40,246 nucleotides of DNA from Candidatus Dojkabacteria bacterium (GTDB taxonomy: Bacteria > Patescibacteriota > Dojkabacteria > SC72). The translations under genes were made by a program, and so were the position numbers. The stretch is taken from assembly GCA_040773125.1 (NCBI GenBank), contig JAXGWV010000003.1, positions 1 to 40,246 of the forward strand, given 5' to 3'. Positions 35,425-40,246 of the stretch are shown here, piece after piece (within the stretch, counting starts at the first letter, position 1; every line of letters starts with the position of its first letter). The notes beneath the pieces were generated by a model that was given only the letters and a program-made list of their open reading frames with translations, made no database searches and was not told where the DNA came from.

Positions 35425-36351
35425 TTATTTCAAATATTTCTTAATTGCACTCATACTACTAATAGTACCAATAATTATGCCAGATAACATATGTATACCA
35501 TAATAGGAAAGTAGGAAGGGAATATTAACAGGTCTTAGGAATATAACATCTAAATCTCTAAGTATTTGATTAAATGAAAAAGAAAAATCTGGATTCTTAG
35601 ATAGAGATAATATGATAATGTAAAAAGGTACAATTATTAATGTAGCTGCTATAAATCCTCCCAATCCTCCATAATATGCTCCTTCTAATATGTATGGCAT
35701 CCTAATATATCTACTAGAACTACCCATCAAATTCATAATCTTAATCTCATCCTTATGATTATTAATATTAAATCCTACTGTTATTCTTATTAAGGAAAAT
35801 GCAATTATTACAAGAGCAGAAATTAATATTATCGATGCAATACGTATAGTAGAAGAAAGTGATTTCAAATTGTTTACAACATCCTTAAAATACATAACCT
35901 CATCAATAGAGGAATTCGTTTCTTTCTCTTTGTTAATCTTCTCAATAAGTAGGAGTAGTGAATCTACATCCTTTGCTCTAATTTCTAAACTTGGAGGAAG
36001 GGAATCTGCTGTAACAGTTGCAAGTAAATCTGGGTTGTCTGAAAAATCTTCCTTGTATATAGCTAAAGCTTTCTCTTGAGAAATGTAATCAATATTCTCA
36101 ACAAGAAGAGGATCATCAAAAAGCTCCTTAATCTTCATAATATCAGCTTCTTTTGTATCTCTTTTGAAAAAAACAATTACCTGTGCTTTCTTCTCATAAT
36201 ATTTGACAGCTTTTTGAGATAGGATTCCAATACTTATGAAAAAGGAGGAGATAAGAAGAACTATAGCCGAAACAAAAATAGTAGAAAGAGAAAGAAATTT
36301 GTTTCTCTGTATATTTTTTTTAGTTGTTTCAACTAATTTATTCTTTGTCAT
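35425..36351 (-). CDS. ftsX: Cell division permease FtsX
   Basis: Four TM helices, LPPSLEI, EIKIMNLMGSS..PYILEG. Confidence 0.92.
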   Translation of the reverse strand: MTKNKLVETTKKNIQRNKFLSLSTIFVSAIVLLISSFFISIGILSQKAVKYYEKKAQVIVFFKRDTKEADIMKIKELFDDPLLVENIDYISQEKALAIYKEDFSDNPDLLATVTADSLPPSLEIRAKDVDSLLLLIEKINKEKETNSSIDEVMYFKDVVNNLKSLSSTIRIASIILISALVIIAFSLIRITVGFNINNHKDEIKIMNLMGSSSRYIRMPYILEGAYYGGLGGFIAATLIIVPFYIIILSLSKNPDFSFSFNQILRDLDVIFLRPVNIPFLLSYYGIHMLSGIIIGTISSMSAIKKYLK

Positions 36352-37324
36352 CTTTTTTACTCTTATTACTATTTAAATACTCTTTTAAAAATTTCTCAAG
36401 TTTTTTCTTCTCCTTTTTACCGATTTTTAAATTTCTTAAATCATCTTCAGTAAGATTGAGTATTAAACTTACTGTAGTTATCTTTGCATCAAGAAGCTTT
36501 TTAAGAGTCTTTTTATCTAGGTCATCCATCTCTTTATCATATTCTACTTCATCTTTCTGTTCTTTCTTTTCTTCAAACTCTGTATCTGCTTCATCCCCAA
36601 TCTTGATGTTAGAATCTATTGTGGATGTTTCTTTTACTGGTTTTGCAATAGTGTCATAGTCACCCTTTGTATCAGAAATAATTCTACCTTCATCCATTCG
36701 TATTACTCTGGTCTTAAGTTTGTTAACAATCTCTCTATCATGGGTAATTACTAAAACAGTTGTTCCTCCCTTGTTAATGACATTAAGAATATCAAGAACT
36801 TGGAACGAACTATCAGGATCAAGATTGCCTGTAGGTTCGTCTGCAACAAGTAATTCTGGATTATTTGCCAGTGCTCGTGCTATTGCACCTCTCTGTTGTT
36901 CTCCCCCTGATAGCTGGATTGGAAAAAGATTTCTTCTATCCTGTAACTTCACTAACTCAAGTAAGTATTCAGTGGTCTCTTTGACTTCCTTGTCATCTTT
37001 CCCAAGAATCTCAAGAGAAAACCTAATATTCTCCTCCAATGTTTTACTTTCTAAGAGTCTCAAATCCTGAAAAACAATACCCAGTCTCTGTCTATATTTG
37101 GGAAGAAGTTTCGCTGGAAGTTTTGGAACTTCAATTTTGTCAAAAACAATATTTCCTGAAGTTGGAAGTTCTTCTCTAATGAGTAATCTCATTAAAGTAG
37201 TTTTTCCTGCTCCTGAAGGACCTACTAAAAAAGAAAACTCACCTCTGTTAATGCTAAAAGTAACATTATCAAGAGCGAGAATGTTTTCGGTGTAACGTTT
37301 TGTAACTTTATCAAACAGTAGCAT
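36338..37324 (-). CDS. ftsE: Cell division ATPase FtsE with C-terminal extension
   Basis: GPSGAGKTT, VFQD, LSGGEQQR, ADEPTGNLD; start ambiguous (37324-37354). Confidence 0.92.
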   Translation of the reverse strand: MLLFDKVTKRYTENILALDNVTFSINRGEFSFLVGPSGAGKTTLMRLLIREELPTSGNIVFDKIEVPKLPAKLLPKYRQRLGIVFQDLRLLESKTLEENIRFSLEILGKDDKEVKETTEYLLELVKLQDRRNLFPIQLSGGEQQRGAIARALANNPELLVADEPTGNLDPDSSFQVLDILNVINKGGTTVLVITHDREIVNKLKTRVIRMDEGRIISDTKGDYDTIAKPVKETSTIDSNIKIGDEADTEFEEKKEQKDEVEYDKEMDDLDKKTLKKLLDAKITTVSLILNLTEDDLRNLKIGKKEKKKLEKFLKEYLNSNKSKKDDKE

Positions 37325-37359
37325 GGCAGTTTCCATAGTCATCCATTCTATCATAAATA

Positions 37360-38445
37360 TTACTTCATTCTAACCTCTGCTTCAATAAATTCGTCTAAAT
37401 CCCCATTTAATACGGATTCTGGGTCAGATGACTCTATCCCAGTTCTTAGGTCTTTAACTAATTTGTATGGATGAAGTACATAATTTCTAATCTGATTTCC
37501 CCAACCAGCTACTTTGTAAGTACCCTTAATATCTGAAATTTCTTTAAGATGCTGTTCCTCTTTAATTCTCCAAAGTTTACCCTTAAGTATTTTCATTGCA
37601 TTCTCTCTGTTTTGTGCCTGACTTCTCTGAGTAGAGCTACTTACAGTTATGCCTGAGGGAATATGGGTTATTTGTACGGCCGAAGATGTCTTGTTTACAT
37701 TCTGTCCACCAGGGCCACCAGATTTAACAGCTTTGAATTCAATATCTTTTTCTGGAATGGAAATAATCTCATCATTTTGATTAAAAAGAGGAATCACTTC
37801 CACTCCTGCAAATGTAGTTTGTCTTAATCCTTGAGAGTTAAATGGAGAAATCCTTACTAATCTATGTGCTCCGTGTTCTTTTTTTAACATTCCAAAAGAC
37901 AGAGGAGTGTGTATTTCTATCGTTCCAGAGGTAATTCCTGTCTCACTTCCTTTCAAAACTTCAGTAATTGTATATTGCCAACCCTTTTTGTCAAAGTACA
38001 TGGTGTACATTCTAAAAAGCATAGAAGCCCAGTCATTTGCTTCTGTTCCTCCCTGTCCTGAAAAAATTGTAAGAACAGCAGGGTAGGAATCATATTCTCC
38101 TGATAGAAATTTTCGAAGAAGAAATTCATCTAATTCTTTCCTTAATCTCTGGTACTCTTCAAGTAGTTCAATCTGTTCATTTTCATTTTTAATTGAATTG
38201 AAAAGTTCAGATAGGGATTTAATATCTTCTTCCAATTTTCCTATGGTTCTAAGAGTATCTCCTATGTATGAAATCTTGTTCATAACTACTTTCGCCCTAT
38301 TAGAATCTTGCCAGAAATCAGTTTCTAGGCTTTCTCTCTCAAGATTAGCAAGTTCATCTCTTAGTGAGGGTATGTCAAGTGAATTTGCAATATCTGAAGA
38401 ATCTTTTTGTAAATCCAAAATCTCTTTTTTACTTAAAATTGTCAT
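37360..38445 (-). CDS. prfB: Peptide chain release factor 2
   Basis: SPF tripeptide, GGPGGQ, WGNQIRNYV; prfB-ftsE-ftsX order. Confidence 0.95.
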   Translation of the reverse strand: MTILSKKEILDLQKDSSDIANSLDIPSLRDELANLERESLETDFWQDSNRAKVVMNKISYIGDTLRTIGKLEEDIKSLSELFNSIKNENEQIELLEEYQRLRKELDEFLLRKFLSGEYDSYPAVLTIFSGQGGTEANDWASMLFRMYTMYFDKKGWQYTITEVLKGSETGITSGTIEIHTPLSFGMLKKEHGAHRLVRISPFNSQGLRQTTFAGVEVIPLFNQNDEIISIPEKDIEFKAVKSGGPGGQNVNKTSSAVQITHIPSGITVSSSTQRSQAQNRENAMKILKGKLWRIKEEQHLKEISDIKGTYKVAGWGNQIRNYVLHPYKLVKDLRTGIESSDPESVLNGDLDEFIEAEVRMK

Positions 38446-38532
38446 TAGTGTATATTATATTGAACTAATGTATTTATATCCAGATGTAAAAAAATACTTT
38501 TACGAAATTAATTCTGAATCAAAGATTTACTA

Positions 38533-40149
38533 ATGACAAATGAAAATATTGTAGATGTGAGAAAATTTGTAACTCTAATTGTACTTGATGGTTTTGGAGT
38601 ACATCCTGATAGTGAAGGAAATGCAGTAATAGCTGCGAAGACTCCCTTCCTTGATACAATTTGGACTCAAGGAAGGTCTACATTAATACATGCGTCCGGA
38701 ACTCATGTTGGATTGCCTGGGGAGTATGCAGGGGATTCAGAGGTAGGGCACCTCAATCTTGGTGCTGGTCAGGTAGTATATCAGACTTTGCCTAGGATAA
38801 ATGATGCAATTAGCGGAAAAGAACTAGACAACAATCCTGTAATTAAGCACATGTTCTCCTTTCTTGGGAAGAATAGGGGGAGATTACATTTAACGGGAGT
38901 ACTAAGTCCGGCTGGGGTTCATGGACACATTAAACATTTATTTTCTTTGCTAGAGTTATGTGCTGCAAACGATATCGATCCATATATCCATGTTATGTTG
39001 GATGGAAGGGATACTCCTCCTAAGGAGGGCTATATTTATATAAACAAGCTTCAGGCTAAAATAAAAGAACTAGGGGTTGGTAAAATTGCCTCGATAATGG
39101 GAAGATTTTATGGTATGGATAGAGACAGTAGATGGGAGAGAACGAAACTAGCATATGATGCAATGGTAGGGATTTCTGATGAGACATTTACTGACCCTAT
39201 GGAGGTTGTTCAAAGAGCTTACAGCAAAGGAGAGGATGATCAATTCTTCAAACCAAGAGTTTGTGTTGATAATAACTCACGACCGATAGGCCCTGTTGGT
39301 AACAATGATGCCATACTTTTTTGGAATTTTAGGGAAGACAGAGCTAGGCAGTTGACTAAGGCATTTGTTTTGAAAGATTTCCCACATTTCTCAAGAAGAA
39401 ATTATCCTCAAAATCTTTTTTTTGCGACTATGACTGGTTATGAAGAAAATCTTTCTGCAAATGTAATATTCCCTCCTATTAAAATTAAAAAGTCCTTATC
39501 TGAATATTTAGCAGACAATGGCAAGAAGCAACTTCATATTTCCGAGACAGAGAAGTATATGCATGTTACATACTTCTTTAATGGTGGTATTGAGCAACCT
39601 CATCCAGGAGAAGTATTTTTTAATATCCCTTCAAGAAAAGTAGATAACTATGCTTCAGTTCCTGAAATGAGTTCTCCAATTATTAAAGATGAAGTTGTGA
39701 ATAGGATAAAAGATATTAACAGAAATCCTTTAGATTTCATTCTAATAAACTTTGCGAATCCAGATATGCTTGGTCATACAGGTAACTTTAGGGCTACCGT
39801 AAGGGGAAATGAAATCTGTGATGATTTATGTGCCCAGGTTGGAAAAGCCACAATTGAAGCTGGGGGTGCACTTGTAGTTACTGGGGATCATGGGAATTGT
39901 GAGACAATGATAAATAGGGTAACAAAAGAAATAGATATTGCCCATACAAGTAATCCTGTTCCTCTTGTGGTCGTAAATACACTTCAAGAGATTACACCAG
40001 CAAAAGGTGTTCCTCAATTAAAAATTGGTACTGGCCCAAAATCAAGAACTACTGGAATTCTTGCAGATGTTGCACCAACAATTTTAGGTTTACTTGGAAT
40101 GGAGATTCCAGCCAATATGACGGGGATTGATTTGAGACCTGTATTATAG
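38533..40149 (+). CDS. gpmI: 2,3-bisphosphoglycerate-independent phosphoglycerate mutase
   Basis: LDGFG, DSEVGH, DGRD, GRFYGMDRD, NFREDRARQL, ETEKY, DMLGHTG, GDHGN. Confidence 0.96.
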   Translation: MTNENIVDVRKFVTLIVLDGFGVHPDSEGNAVIAAKTPFLDTIWTQGRSTLIHASGTHVGLPGEYAGDSEVGHLNLGAGQVVYQTLPRINDAISGKELDNNPVIKHMFSFLGKNRGRLHLTGVLSPAGVHGHIKHLFSLLELCAANDIDPYIHVMLDGRDTPPKEGYIYINKLQAKIKELGVGKIASIMGRFYGMDRDSRWERTKLAYDAMVGISDETFTDPMEVVQRAYSKGEDDQFFKPRVCVDNNSRPIGPVGNNDAILFWNFREDRARQLTKAFVLKDFPHFSRRNYPQNLFFATMTGYEENLSANVIFPPIKIKKSLSEYLADNGKKQLHISETEKYMHVTYFFNGGIEQPHPGEVFFNIPSRKVDNYASVPEMSSPIIKDEVVNRIKDINRNPLDFILINFANPDMLGHTGNFRATVRGNEICDDLCAQVGKATIEAGGALVVTGDHGNCETMINRVTKEIDIAHTSNPVPLVVVNTLQEITPAKGVPQLKIGTGPKSRTTGILADVAPTILGLLGMEIPANMTGIDLRPVL

Positions 40150-40245
40150 ATAGAAGTAAATGAGGACAAATAATCCTAGAGCTATTCGATAAATCCCAAA
40201 GAATGTCAGCCAATTCTTTCTTTTAATCCTTTTAAGAATATGTAA
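40144..40245 (-). CDS. uppP: Undecaprenyl-diphosphate phosphatase, C-terminal fragment (not in ORF track)
   Basis: Minus strand reads LHILKRIKRKNWLTFFGIYRIALGLFVLIYFYL*, matching the BacA/UppP F..YRI.LG terminus. Confidence 0.75.
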   Translation of the reverse strand, partial: LHILKRIKRKNWLTFFGIYRIALGLFVLIYFYL

Positions 40246-40246
40246 A

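Noticed and set aside
761-40017. Short antisense or nested ORFs (e.g. 761-1237, 8819-9337, 16752-17342, 38198-38533)
   Set aside because: They shadow well-supported genes and have Ser/Phe/Ile-rich antisense composition with no motifs.
1-40246. Alternative genetic code (UGA=Gly, as in some CPR lineages)
   Set aside because: Long genes are intact under the standard code, TGA ends genes such as recA, and RF2 is present.

Overview
AT-rich, gene-dense bacterial chromosome segment. Gene content and leaderless-style promoters suggest a Patescibacteria/CPR genome (inference; standard code, TGA is stop). Both ends are housekeeping: recA-recX-recJ, aspS, gltX with tRNA-Gln, ileS with a T-box, carD and yvcK on the left; hpf, ftsEX-M23, prfB, gpmI and uppP on the right. 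The main discovery is an accessory region (~20244-31917) at the 3' end of tRNA-Asn. It has an 8.8-kb island (NucS-like nuclease, type I R-M with fused M-S, HEPN-motif gene, large serine recombinase) whose recombinase gene is split by its own att site. To its left is a tandem array of three single-gene cassettes. Each cassette begins with a repeated module combining a CTCC-type att-like core and an in-frame alternative recombinase C-terminal tail; two modules also carry a -10 box at the same offset. This looks like an integron-like, tRNA-anchored gene-stacking system driven by a serine recombinase. Other notable items: an actinobacterial-type ultrashort ileS T-box coupled to a transcription terminator, a GVHH-motif IleRS2, a solitary CRISPR-repeat-like sequence upstream of the recombinase, a circularly permuted M23 domain, FtsE with an alphaCTD/HhH-like tail, and prfB without its frameshift. 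All calls come from reading the sequence; no searches were run.
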